Of a stretch of DNA of 64,000 nt, positions 18,971 to 27,967 are shown in pieces. How positions within the stretch are numbered: the stretch's first letter is position 1; the number at the start of each line of letters is the position of its first letter. The translations under genes and the position numbers were made by a program. The DNA comes from Candidatus Eiseniibacteriota bacterium. Lineage in GTDB: Bacteria > Eisenbacteria > RBG-16-71-46 > CAIMUX01 > VGJL01. Location: assembly GCA_963792585.1 (NCBI GenBank), contig CAWBWI010000003.1:416001-480000 (forward strand), read 5' to 3'. The notes below the pieces were generated by a model. It worked only from the letters and a program-made list of their open reading frames with translations, was not told where the DNA came from and did not search any database.

Positions 18971-21097
18971 ATGAAGTTCAGGAGGATCCTCACGCTCGCC
19001 GCCGTCGTTGTCGCGGTGCAATCGCTGTCCTCTGCCGCAACGCCCGGCTATATCATCTTCGCAAACGATCAGGTCAAAGACCTGCAGTCAAACTCCGCGC
19101 CGACGGCGCGCGCGCTTCAAGACTATGCGTTCGCCAGCCCAAGCCTGCGCACGGCCCTAGACGGACTGGGCGTCGTCTCCCTCAAACCGGTTGCGCCCGG
19201 ATGGAGGAATCTAAAGCCCGAACAAATGGTCGATCGCTGGGGCCAGCGGGTCGAGTACTTCGATTTCAAGGACACGTACGAATTCGAAACTCGGCCGGGG
19301 AAGACCGTGGCGGAGGTCATGATCGATCTGATCGCCCTCCCGGGCGTGTATCACGCTGAACCGATGCCGGCCATTCAGTATTACAATGATCCCTTCTTCA
19401 GCCAGCAGTGGAACTTGCACAACACGGGTCAGCATGTCTGCGACATGCAGTGCGTCGAAGATTTCGACATCGACTGGCCCGAAGCGCACGCGCTGCAGCA
19501 ACAAACCGGCACGCTCATCGGTATCATCGATTCCGGAATCATGAACTGGCCGTTTCACGAGGAGATGCCGGCCGAGACGGTCGTCAACCTGGAATACTCG
19601 CGCAGCTTCCACCCCTCGTACCCGCAGTGGGATTGGAACGACGACCCGTTCATCAACCACGGAAGCGCGGTCGCCAGCATCGTGTCCGCTCTCACCGACA
19701 ACTCTCTGGGTATCGCTGGAATCGCCGGGCCGAAGGAGGACGGAACGGTCTGCGCCCTGAAGCTGTACGGGGCCGGCGACACGGCACTGGACTATGTGGC
19801 GAACGAAGCTGCGGGCGCGATCATGGCCGTGAACATGAGCTGGGGGTCCTGCGAGAAGTCCCTGATCCAGCGCAACGCGATCCGCAATGCCTATCTGTAT
19901 GGCGTATCGCTCTTCGCCTCTTCCGGAAACGGGCCGCAGTTCGGTTGCCACGGTACGAATCCTCCCCGCTATCCGGCGGGCCATGAGGACTACGTCATGG
20001 CCGTCGCGCACGTGCTCGGAGATGGATCCCGGCTCTACTACAACACCGGATCGTGGATCGACATCGCGGCTCCGGGCGGATCGACGATCACGACCGCCTC
20101 CTATCGGCATTCCCTGCCGGACGAGTATCGGTGCGACGGCTGCGAGAACTGCTTCGGGGGAACCTCCGCAGCCGCGCCGACCGCAACCGGCGTGGCAGGT
20201 CTCATTCTGGGTAAGAACGCCACGCTGCAGAACGATGACGTGTACGAGGTGATGATGCGGACGGCAGTCGATATCGGTACGCCTGGTCGGGACGAGGAAT
20301 TCGGGCAGGGACTGCTGAAGGCCGGGGCGGCCGTGTCGCTGGTGGCGGCTCCGAATCAGGTCGTGCACGCGTCGGGGACGAGGTTTCGCTACTCGGCCGT
20401 TGAGTCCCGCAGTCAGCAGTTCCGAAACGTCGTCGGACTGAATTCGCAGATGGAGACCTGGGAGCCGTTCTGGGCGAAGGTCTACGAGGTCGTCTTCACC
20501 ACGCCGGCCAATGTCTTCGGCAACACCCAGCTGACGCACGCGTGGGTCCGTCGGCACGCGACCGACGGATGGAAGAATCTCACTTCCTACGACGCTCTCG
20601 ACAACGCGCCGTGGGGTACGGTGACCTCGACGGCGAACAACGTGATCGTCACGAAGACCTATACCTACAAGGTCTTCACGGACGCATCGGAAAGCGTCTT
20701 CCTGGGCTGGTATCCGTTCGACCCTACGATCTCCGCGCCCGATCACCCTCAGGTCGCTCTAACCTATATTGTCCGCTCCGGCAACCAGATCGGCGAGCGA
20801 CCCGCGATCGTCCCGGAACTGATGGAGCCCCTGACGCTGCGCGTCGGCCCGTCCGGCGAGATCCGGTTCCGTGCGGATGGAGCCGCAACCGCTTCCGTCG
20901 GTATCTTCGACGTCTCAGGCCGGGAGGTGACCCATCTGGCGACGCGCAGTATCCAGACCGGCTGGAACAGTCTGCGATGGGATGGGAAGAACGGTCGCGG
21001 AACCACGGTCGCGCCCGGCGTCTACTTCGTTCGGGTCGCGACGCCTCAAGGGAAAGCAAGTCGCACGCTTTATTGGAGCGGCCAGTCGGTGCGGTGA
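18971..21097 (+). CDS. Secreted S8 subtilisin-like peptidase with FlgD-Ig/CTD-like C-terminus
   Basis: IIDSG, NHGSAVA, SGN, GGTSAAAP. C-terminal IFDVSGREV...WDGKNGRG...PGVYFVR. RBS GGAGGAG. Confidence 0.92.
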   Translation: MKFRRILTLAAVVVAVQSLSSAATPGYIIFANDQVKDLQSNSAPTARALQDYAFASPSLRTALDGLGVVSLKPVAPGWRNLKPEQMVDRWGQRVEYFDFKDTYEFETRPGKTVAEVMIDLIALPGVYHAEPMPAIQYYNDPFFSQQWNLHNTGQHVCDMQCVEDFDIDWPEAHALQQQTGTLIGIIDSGIMNWPFHEEMPAETVVNLEYSRSFHPSYPQWDWNDDPFINHGSAVASIVSALTDNSLGIAGIAGPKEDGTVCALKLYGAGDTALDYVANEAAGAIMAVNMSWGSCEKSLIQRNAIRNAYLYGVSLFASSGNGPQFGCHGTNPPRYPAGHEDYVMAVAHVLGDGSRLYYNTGSWIDIAAPGGSTITTASYRHSLPDEYRCDGCENCFGGTSAAAPTATGVAGLILGKNATLQNDDVYEVMMRTAVDIGTPGRDEEFGQGLLKAGAAVSLVAAPNQVVHASGTRFRYSAVESRSQQFRNVVGLNSQMETWEPFWAKVYEVVFTTPANVFGNTQLTHAWVRRHATDGWKNLTSYDALDNAPWGTVTSTANNVIVTKTYTYKVFTDASESVFLGWYPFDPTISAPDHPQVALTYIVRSGNQIGERPAIVPELMEPLTLRVGPSGEIRFRADGAATASVGIFDVSGREVTHLATRSIQTGWNSLRWDGKNGRGTTVAPGVYFVRVATPQGKASRTLYWSGQSVR

Positions 21098-21135
21098 TCG
21101 TGCCGCTATGGTCGAATGCCCCCTGAAGCATCCGC

Positions 21136-21169
21136 TGGGGAGTCCCGGGGTTTGCCCCGGGACTCCCCA
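21136..21169. terminator. Bidirectional terminator hairpin between convergent genes
   Basis: TGGGGAGTCCCGGGG-TTTG-CCCCGGGACTCCCCA, a perfect 15-bp stem. Confidence 0.75.
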
Positions 21170-21197
21170 AGGTCGTTGGATCGCGCCAGGGTCTTCG

Positions 21198-21734
21198 CTA
21201 TTCCTTGTCTTCCTGTATCCGGATCCGATCACGGATTTCGGGGACGCTGGCCACACGCAACCCGGCGATCCACAGCGTGAGCTTGTCGACCCGCGCGGCA
21301 GGTACCTCGAAGATGAAGTCGAGCCCCGCCTGACTCTCGATGGTCAGCGAATCGGCGGGCGCCGGTTCCAACCCCGCATCGAGATACCAGAGGACCGGCA
21401 CGTGCGTGGACTCGGCCCGGCGGTTCCCTTCATCGAGGCGAATCATGGACGTATCGAGGAGAAGGGGACCCGGGTCGACGGACAGGTCCACGGTGATCTC
21501 GACGAAGATCTGGTCCTGCTTGGGTTTCAGCGTCTCGTAGACGGTGCTGTACTCACCGTCCTTCATCATCGTCTTCTTGCCGGTGTTGATCTTCAGGACG
21601 TCGGGATACCGAAGTCCCGTGGGGATGATGGTCAGATTGGAGCCGGGGATCGCGGGCGATTCCGCCCTCGCTTCGACGATAGCGGACCCTGCGAGGAAGA
21701 CTCCCACGAGCATCAGGAACGTGCAGCACCGCAT
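21198..21734 (-). CDS. Hypothetical secreted protein
   Basis: RBS AGGAGG, signal peptide MRCCTFLMLVGVFLAG and a beta-rich body. Confidence 0.7.
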   Translation of the reverse strand: MRCCTFLMLVGVFLAGSAIVEARAESPAIPGSNLTIIPTGLRYPDVLKINTGKKTMMKDGEYSTVYETLKPKQDQIFVEITVDLSVDPGPLLLDTSMIRLDEGNRRAESTHVPVLWYLDAGLEPAPADSLTIESQAGLDFIFEVPAARVDKLTLWIAGLRVASVPEIRDRIRIQEDKE

Positions 21735-21843
21735 GACGCCTCCTTGTCGCATCGGAACCCAGACGGTCCGGGAATCGAATCTGCGCAGCCGGGGTGTGGG
21801 GGCATTATGCCAAGTCCGTCGACGGCCACCCTCCGATCGGTTC

Positions 21844-23010
21844 CTAGGGGGTGAGGACGATCCTGGTGATCTCTGCGGGCGCCCCGAGCCGCATGGGCGG
21901 ACCCCAGTACCCCGTCCCGCGGCTCACGTAGATCGTCGATGCACCGCGACGGTGGAGTCCCGCCAGGTATGGTTGCACCGAGCGCGTCAGGTAGTGAAAC
22001 GGGTAGATCTGGCCGCCGTGCGTGTGCCCCGACAGCTGCAAATCGACCCCCTGCGCGGCAGCCTCGGGGAACGAACGTGGCTGGTGCGCGAGGAGGATGA
22101 CGGGCCGATCGGGATCCCGGCCGGCCATGGCCCGCGGAATGTCCTCCCCCTGGCCGTGCCCGGAACCGTGGGAGGCGTAGTCGTCGGTGCCCGCCAGATC
22201 GAATCCCCGATCCCCGCGAATCGCCACCCGCTCGTTGCGCAACACACGGATGCCCAGGGAGCGTAAGTGGTCGATCCAAGCATCCGCTCCGGAGTAGGTG
22301 TCGTGATTCCCGGTCGCGAACCAAACGCCATCCCGCGCGCGAAGCGACGCAAGCGGCGCGACGAGGGGCGCCAGATCCTCCACGCTGCCGTCCACGAGAT
22401 CGCCCGTGATCACGATCATGTCGGGATCCAGCGAGTTCACACGCCGCACGATTCTCTCCATGAATCCTTTTCCCACGGTACCGCCCACATGGATGTCGGA
22501 CAGCTGGACGACGGTGTAGCCGCTGAGCTCGACCGGCCATCGGGACAGACTCACAGGCACGGTGCGGACGCTTGCGGGCAAACGGGCCGAGAAGATCGCG
22601 ACGGCGCCGATCATGCATCCGCCGACCAAGACACCGAGCGCCACGCAGCGTGCGACCCATCGGGTCGCGGTCAGTCCCGCCACGCCCGCGAACCCGGGAG
22701 CGGCCCACATCCGCAACAGCGGCCGGAGCGGCTCGGCGGCGAGCAGGAGTACGAAGAAGTAAAAGAGCAGACCCAACCACACGAAACCGATCCATGCCAG
22801 GGGCACCGTGACCACACGCGGCGCGATCCTCATGAGAACCAGGGATGCCGATAGCACGACGGCCAAGGAGAATGCCGCCACCGCTCCGACCCTGGGCCAA
22901 GGCGCGGGCCAGCCCGGCGAGCGCACCAGCCGCCACCAGAGGTAGCCATGGAGGGCGAAGTTGATGGCCAAGACGATGGCGAGAAAGACGACGAGGGCCG
23001 CGGTGCGCAT
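21844..23010 (-). CDS. Membrane-bound metallophosphoesterase (YkuE/YaeI-like)
   Basis: N-terminal TM helices, then SDIH, TGDLVD, GNHD, LAHQP, SGHTHGGQ. Confidence 0.92.
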   Translation of the reverse strand: MRTAALVVFLAIVLAINFALHGYLWWRLVRSPGWPAPWPRVGAVAAFSLAVVLSASLVLMRIAPRVVTVPLAWIGFVWLGLLFYFFVLLLAAEPLRPLLRMWAAPGFAGVAGLTATRWVARCVALGVLVGGCMIGAVAIFSARLPASVRTVPVSLSRWPVELSGYTVVQLSDIHVGGTVGKGFMERIVRRVNSLDPDMIVITGDLVDGSVEDLAPLVAPLASLRARDGVWFATGNHDTYSGADAWIDHLRSLGIRVLRNERVAIRGDRGFDLAGTDDYASHGSGHGQGEDIPRAMAGRDPDRPVILLAHQPRSFPEAAAQGVDLQLSGHTHGGQIYPFHYLTRSVQPYLAGLHRRGASTIYVSRGTGYWGPPMRLGAPAEITRIVLTP

Positions 23011-23206
23011 GGACGAAAGGTAACGGGGTGCGAGGAGCCGTGTCTACAGGGCGTCGGGTGCGAACCGTCGTCATCCACCGGTGCCGGGCCGCCGTTCGCC
23101 GACTTGGAGTGGCCGGAGCCGTGCCCCCGGCGGATGCTTCTCTCGGGGACAGTGGAACCGGCCGGCGATCCGGCCGAGGGTCTGGCCGGAAGAAAGGGGA
23201 AAGGCC

Positions 23207-23959
23207 ATGAGCGAAGCTCCTCGGAGACACAATTTAGGAAGCTTGATCTTTGGACTCAGCGTCGTCGCCTTCGGCGTGCTCTTCCTGTTGAGCAACCTGA
23301 ACATGATCGAATCCTCGGACTATCTGCGGTACTGGCCGGTCGTCCTAGTCGCCTTCGGCTTGGCCAAGCTCCTCCAGCCGCGTGAATCCGGGGGGAGGAT
23401 GTTCGGTTTCATCCTTGGATTGATTGGAGTCTTCCTGCTGCTCAAGGAGTTCGGAAAGATCCACTTCGACCTCTGGGACTTCTGGCCCGCGATTCTTGTC
23501 CTGATGGGCCTGAGCATCATCTGGGGAGCGCTGGGGCACGGGCGCCGCCGTCGGTCGTGCTTCCGCGGCCGGCGCGGCGTTTCCGTCACCATCAACGGCC
23601 AGGAAAACCCTCCCCGGGTCGATCCGGACTCGACCATGGACGTGAACAGCGTCTTCGGAGGAAACGAGCGGGTCGTCACGTCTCAGGACTTCCGCGGCGG
23701 GACGATCTCGACGATCATGGGCGGGTGCGAAGTCGACTTCCGCCAGGCTTCGATCTCCGGTGGGGAGGCGGTGCTCGATATCTCGGTCGTGTTCGGCGGG
23801 GTCGAACTTCGCATTCCGGAGGACTGGAAGGTCGTGTTGCGCACCAGCGCGGTGATCGGGGGGGTGGACGACAAGACCCGCAAGCCGGTGGGTGAGGCGA
23901 GCAAGACGCTGGTCATCACCGGCAACGTGATCTTCGGCGGCCTCGAGGTCCGCAACTGA
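23207..23959 (+). CDS. LiaF-like membrane protein (cell-envelope stress accessory protein)
   Basis: Four TM helices with WP motifs. C-terminal VFGG...IMGGCEVDFRQA...VFGGVELRIPEDW...IFGGLEVRN. Confidence 0.85.
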   Translation: MSEAPRRHNLGSLIFGLSVVAFGVLFLLSNLNMIESSDYLRYWPVVLVAFGLAKLLQPRESGGRMFGFILGLIGVFLLLKEFGKIHFDLWDFWPAILVLMGLSIIWGALGHGRRRRSCFRGRRGVSVTINGQENPPRVDPDSTMDVNSVFGGNERVVTSQDFRGGTISTIMGGCEVDFRQASISGGEAVLDISVVFGGVELRIPEDWKVVLRTSAVIGGVDDKTRKPVGEASKTLVITGNVIFGGLEVRN

Positions 23960-23993
23960 GCATGATGGATTCGAACCGATCGGGCCGTTAAGC

Positions 23994-25091
23994 ATGTCCT
24001 CGCTCGCGACATCGCGGCGGCTCGTCCTGCCGTACTTCGCCGCCTGGATCCCGCTGGCGGCCGTCCTCGCCGCGATGCTCCAGCGCGCGCCGCAGACGTC
24101 GTGGATCGGGGCGATGGCGCTGGCGATACCGGCGGCCGCGATCTACGCCTTCGTTTGTCTTGCCACACGTTATCCGGTGAGGGGCCTGCCGGCCGACCGG
24201 ACACCGGCGTCACGCCTGCTGATGGCGCACCTGAGCGGCGCGGTGTTTGCCACCGCGCTCTGGTTGGGCATCCTCCGCCTCTGGGCGGAGCTCCTCGGGA
24301 ACATCCGCTCGCTCGAACCATTGCCGGCGGCCTTTCGGGAGCAGGCGCCGCTGCTGGCCGGCGTCGGGCTCCTTCTCTACCTATTGTCCGTCACCTTCTT
24401 CTCCATGCTGCACGCGGTCGAGCGAAGCAGGGAGGCGGAGCGCCGCGCCCTCGAGCTGGGCCTCATCGCCCGTGAGTCGGAGCTGACCCTCCTGCGATCG
24501 CAGGTCGATCCGCACTTCCTCTTCAACGCTCTCAATGCGATCGCCGGACTCACGCGCAGCGACCCCGACCTCGCACGCGCGCTGTGCCTGCGGCTTGGCG
24601 ACTTCCTGCGCGCAAGCCTGCGCATCGGCAAGCAGGAGAGGATCCGCTTCGCCGAGGAACTGGGATTCGCGCGCGACTTTCTCGGGATCGAGCAGATCCG
24701 TTTCGGCCCCAGACTCCGCGTCGACGAACGGATCGACGAGGATTGCCTCGAGTCGCTCGTCCCGCCGCTGATCCTGCAACCTCTCCTCGAGAACGCGGTG
24801 CGCCACGGCGTCGCCGGTCTCGTGGAGGGAGGGGACGTGACGCTCACGGCGCACCTGACGGGATCGACACTCGCGGTTTTCGTCGAGAACGCGCTCGATC
24901 CGGACGCGCCGCTGCGGCGGGGGGAGGGGATCGGCCTGGCAAACGTGCGGCGACGACTGTTGAAACTCTACGGCCGCGCGGGGGCGCTGACGGTACGGCG
25001 GGAGGCGGATCGCTTTCGCGTCGACCTGGTGATCCCGGCGCAGGTGGCCGATCCTGCAGGCGGGACGGGGGCGCATGTCGACCATCAATAG
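23994..25091 (+). CDS. LytS-family sensor histidine kinase
   Basis: SQVDPHFLFNALN, IEQIRFG, LQPLLENAVRHG, GIGLANV. Confidence 0.93.
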   Translation: MSSLATSRRLVLPYFAAWIPLAAVLAAMLQRAPQTSWIGAMALAIPAAAIYAFVCLATRYPVRGLPADRTPASRLLMAHLSGAVFATALWLGILRLWAELLGNIRSLEPLPAAFREQAPLLAGVGLLLYLLSVTFFSMLHAVERSREAERRALELGLIARESELTLLRSQVDPHFLFNALNAIAGLTRSDPDLARALCLRLGDFLRASLRIGKQERIRFAEELGFARDFLGIEQIRFGPRLRVDERIDEDCLESLVPPLILQPLLENAVRHGVAGLVEGGDVTLTAHLTGSTLAVFVENALDPDAPLRRGEGIGLANVRRRLLKLYGRAGALTVRREADRFRVDLVIPAQVADPAGGTGAHVDHQ

Positions 25092-25905
25092 CGAGCGCTC
25101 GCCGGGAGCGGAACTCCGTGTCCTCATCGTCGACGACGAGGAGCCGGCCCGGAAGCTCCTGCGCGAGTACCTGGCGGGGATCCCGAATCTGGTCGTGGCG
25201 GGGGAATGCGCCGACGGATTCCAGGCGGTCAAAGCGGTCGCCGACCTCGATCCGGATCTTCTGCTGCTGGATATCCAGATGCCGAAGCTCGACGGTTTCG
25301 AGGTCCTCGAACTGATCGAGCGCGAGATTCCCGTCGTATTCATCACGGCGTATGACGAGTACTCGATCCGTGCGTTCGACGTGCATGCGGTCGACTACTT
25401 GTTGAAGCCATATGCGCGTGAGCGACTGGTCGAAGCGATCGAGCGGGCGCGACTACGGGTGGGACAGCTGCGTTCCGCCCGCGGCAGGACAGAGGCGGTG
25501 TCCGGCGGCGAGTCGCCGTCGAAGCGAAGCGATCTTCTTCCCGAGACGGCCACGGCCCGCGCGGTTCTCCGGACGCGACAGCCGCTCGAGAGGCTCCTCA
25601 TCCGGGACGGGGCGAGAATCCATGTGATTCCCGTCGGGACGATCCACTACATCGAGGCGCAGGATGACTATGTCTGCGTCGTGACCAGGGAGCAGAAGCT
25701 CCTGAAGCAGGAGACGCTGAACGAATTGGAGGCCGCGCTCGACCCCGGGCGATTCGTGCGGATCCACCGCTCGTTCATCATGAACATCGAGTACCTCGCG
25801 AAGATCGAGCCGTACACGAAGGACTCCCGCGTGGCCATCTTGCGGAGCGACGTCCGGCTCCCGGTGAGCCGAAGTGGATACGAGCGGTTGCGGGGGCTTC
25901 TCTGA
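25075..25905 (+). CDS. LytTR-family response regulator
   Basis: VDDE, LLDIQMPKLDG, TAYDEY, DYLLKP, FVRIHRSFI, LPVSR. Confidence 0.95.
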   Translation: MSTINSERSPGAELRVLIVDDEEPARKLLREYLAGIPNLVVAGECADGFQAVKAVADLDPDLLLLDIQMPKLDGFEVLELIEREIPVVFITAYDEYSIRAFDVHAVDYLLKPYARERLVEAIERARLRVGQLRSARGRTEAVSGGESPSKRSDLLPETATARAVLRTRQPLERLLIRDGARIHVIPVGTIHYIEAQDDYVCVVTREQKLLKQETLNELEAALDPGRFVRIHRSFIMNIEYLAKIEPYTKDSRVAILRSDVRLPVSRSGYERLRGLL

Positions 25906-25931
25906 TATAGATTGGGGAGGAGGAATCGGTC

Positions 25932-26909
25932 ATGAAGGAAATCTGGATGGAAGGGACCCGTTCCGGGCACGCGCGGCGGTCCGGGACCATGGCGCTGGCT
26001 GCCGTTGCGCTGCTCTTGGGGCTCGGTGGGTGCGCCTCGACCCGCTCCGGCGGCGGCGCTTCGACCTCGAGTGCGCTCAATGCGACCTACCGGATCGAGG
26101 GCAAGGAGGTCCGGCTGGTCGACGGCCGCGCGGAGCGGGAGTCGGCGGCGGGCTCCGGAGCGATGGTCCACACGAGCGTGGTCGGCGAGGTCGTCTCCGG
26201 GGATCTCGGCCGGGACCGCGACGAGGACGCCGCAGTGATCCTGTCCCAGGAGAACCCAGGCGGTGGGACGATCCTCTACGCCGCCGCCGTGCTCAGGGAG
26301 GGAGACGCGTTCACAGGAACCGCTGCGGTGCGACTCGGCGAGGGCGTCGTCGTCAACAAGGTCACGATCCGCAGGGGCGCCATCGTGGTGGAATACTTGG
26401 ATCGCCGGCCCGGCGAGCCGATCGGGGCCCCGCCTACCGCCAGCATGAGGGTCCAACTCACGCCCCGCGGCGACAAGCTGTCCGTTCAGGGACCCTTCCC
26501 GAATCTCGGGTCGATGTCCGATGAAGAGGATTTCCCCGCCGACACGGAGGGACCCCTGCTTCCCCGGATCAGCGGAGGAGAGTGGAGACTCGCCCTCCTG
26601 AAGGACGACGGACAGAACCGTCCCCTCACCGCCGAGAATCCCCCGACCCTGAAGATCGATCCCTCCGGGAAGGTCGCCGGCATGGCAAGCGTCAATCGGT
26701 ACTTCGGCGACATCAAGATAGACGCCGCCGGCCGCGTCTCGTGGGGAGGGCCGTTCGGCAGCACCAAGATGGCCGGGCCCGAACCGCTCATGGATCAGGA
26801 AGCGGCATTCCTGAAGGCCCTGCAGAAGACCGACCGCCTTTCCGTTCGGGACGGACGCCTCGTGATGGAGGATGCCGCCGGGCAGACGGCGCTCGAGTTC
26901 GAACGCTAG
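25932..26909 (+). CDS. Lipoprotein with C-terminal META (HslJ-like) domain
   Basis: Lipobox LGGC. GMASVNRYFG...STKMAG...MDQEAAFLKAL. Confidence 0.8.
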   Translation: MKEIWMEGTRSGHARRSGTMALAAVALLLGLGGCASTRSGGGASTSSALNATYRIEGKEVRLVDGRAERESAAGSGAMVHTSVVGEVVSGDLGRDRDEDAAVILSQENPGGGTILYAAAVLREGDAFTGTAAVRLGEGVVVNKVTIRRGAIVVEYLDRRPGEPIGAPPTASMRVQLTPRGDKLSVQGPFPNLGSMSDEEDFPADTEGPLLPRISGGEWRLALLKDDGQNRPLTAENPPTLKIDPSGKVAGMASVNRYFGDIKIDAAGRVSWGGPFGSTKMAGPEPLMDQEAAFLKALQKTDRLSVRDGRLVMEDAAGQTALEFER

Positions 26910-27003
26910 AGCCCCGCTTGCCGACGCGCCGGAGGGGTGCATTGGGAGGGGTAGGGACCGGACCCATAGCGCCTTGGACGGCTGGGCCGGGGGTGCTTCG
27001 AGC

Positions 27004-27897
27004 ATGAGCAACGCCACCACGATGGGAGCGATCTTCTCGCTCGCCTGCGCTCTCGCATGGGCGATGGCCGTGGTCTTTCTGAAGCACACCGCGGACAAGG
27101 TCCACCCGTTCGCGCTGAACGTCTTCCGGGTCACCTTCTCCTTCCCGCTCCTGTTGGCGACCGCGCTGATGGCCGGATACCCTCTTCTTCCCGATGTCTC
27201 CCGCGAGGATTGCCTGCGTCTCGCGCTCAGCGCGGTGATCGGGATCGCAGCGGCCGACACGCTGTTCCACCAGAGCCTGAAACTGGTGGGCGCCGGTATC
27301 AACGCGATCGTCGATACGCTCTATGCGCCCGTGGTCGTGCTCTTCGCCTTCCTCATGCTCGAGGAACGAATCGGGTGGAACGACTACGCTGGCCTGGCGC
27401 TCATCAGCGGAGCGTTGCTTCTGACGAGCACGCTGGAGCCGCCGAAGAACCGAAGTCGTGTGCAGTTGATCGAGGGGATCGTCCTGGGTCTCCTGGCCGT
27501 CGTCCTGCTCTCCTTGGGGATCGTGATCGCGAAGCCGGCACTGAACCGGTTGCCGGTCCTCTGGGCGGCGGCATTCCGGCAGGGTGTGGCTGCGGTCGTT
27601 CTCATGGTGGTCGCCATCCTCCACCCGCGGCGGAGAGAGTACCTCTCCGCGTGGCGACCGTCGAAGATCTGGAAGGTGATGATCCCCGCCACGCTCCTGG
27701 GATCCTATATCTCGCTCACCTTCTGGATCGCGGGGATGAAGTACACGCTCGCGAGCATCGCCGCCATCCTCGGGCAGTCCTCGACCCTCTTCATCCTCAT
27801 CTTCTCGGTCCTCTTTCTCCACGAGCGGTTCACCAGGCGCAAGGCGATCGCCGCCGCCCTGGCCTTCGCCGGGGTGCTGCTCGTCACCATGATCTGA
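27004..27897 (+). CDS. DMT/EamA family transporter
   Basis: About 10 TM helices in two repeats (LEERIG, FLHERF). Confidence 0.9.
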   Translation: MSNATTMGAIFSLACALAWAMAVVFLKHTADKVHPFALNVFRVTFSFPLLLATALMAGYPLLPDVSREDCLRLALSAVIGIAAADTLFHQSLKLVGAGINAIVDTLYAPVVVLFAFLMLEERIGWNDYAGLALISGALLLTSTLEPPKNRSRVQLIEGIVLGLLAVVLLSLGIVIAKPALNRLPVLWAAAFRQGVAAVVLMVVAILHPRRREYLSAWRPSKIWKVMIPATLLGSYISLTFWIAGMKYTLASIAAILGQSSTLFILIFSVLFLHERFTRRKAIAAALAFAGVLLVTMI

Positions 27898-27967
27898 ACG
27901 ATGGAAGCGGGAAGAGCCTCCGACGCGCGCCGGAGGCTCCTCCCAGGGAACGATTGCTCTTCGCGGA

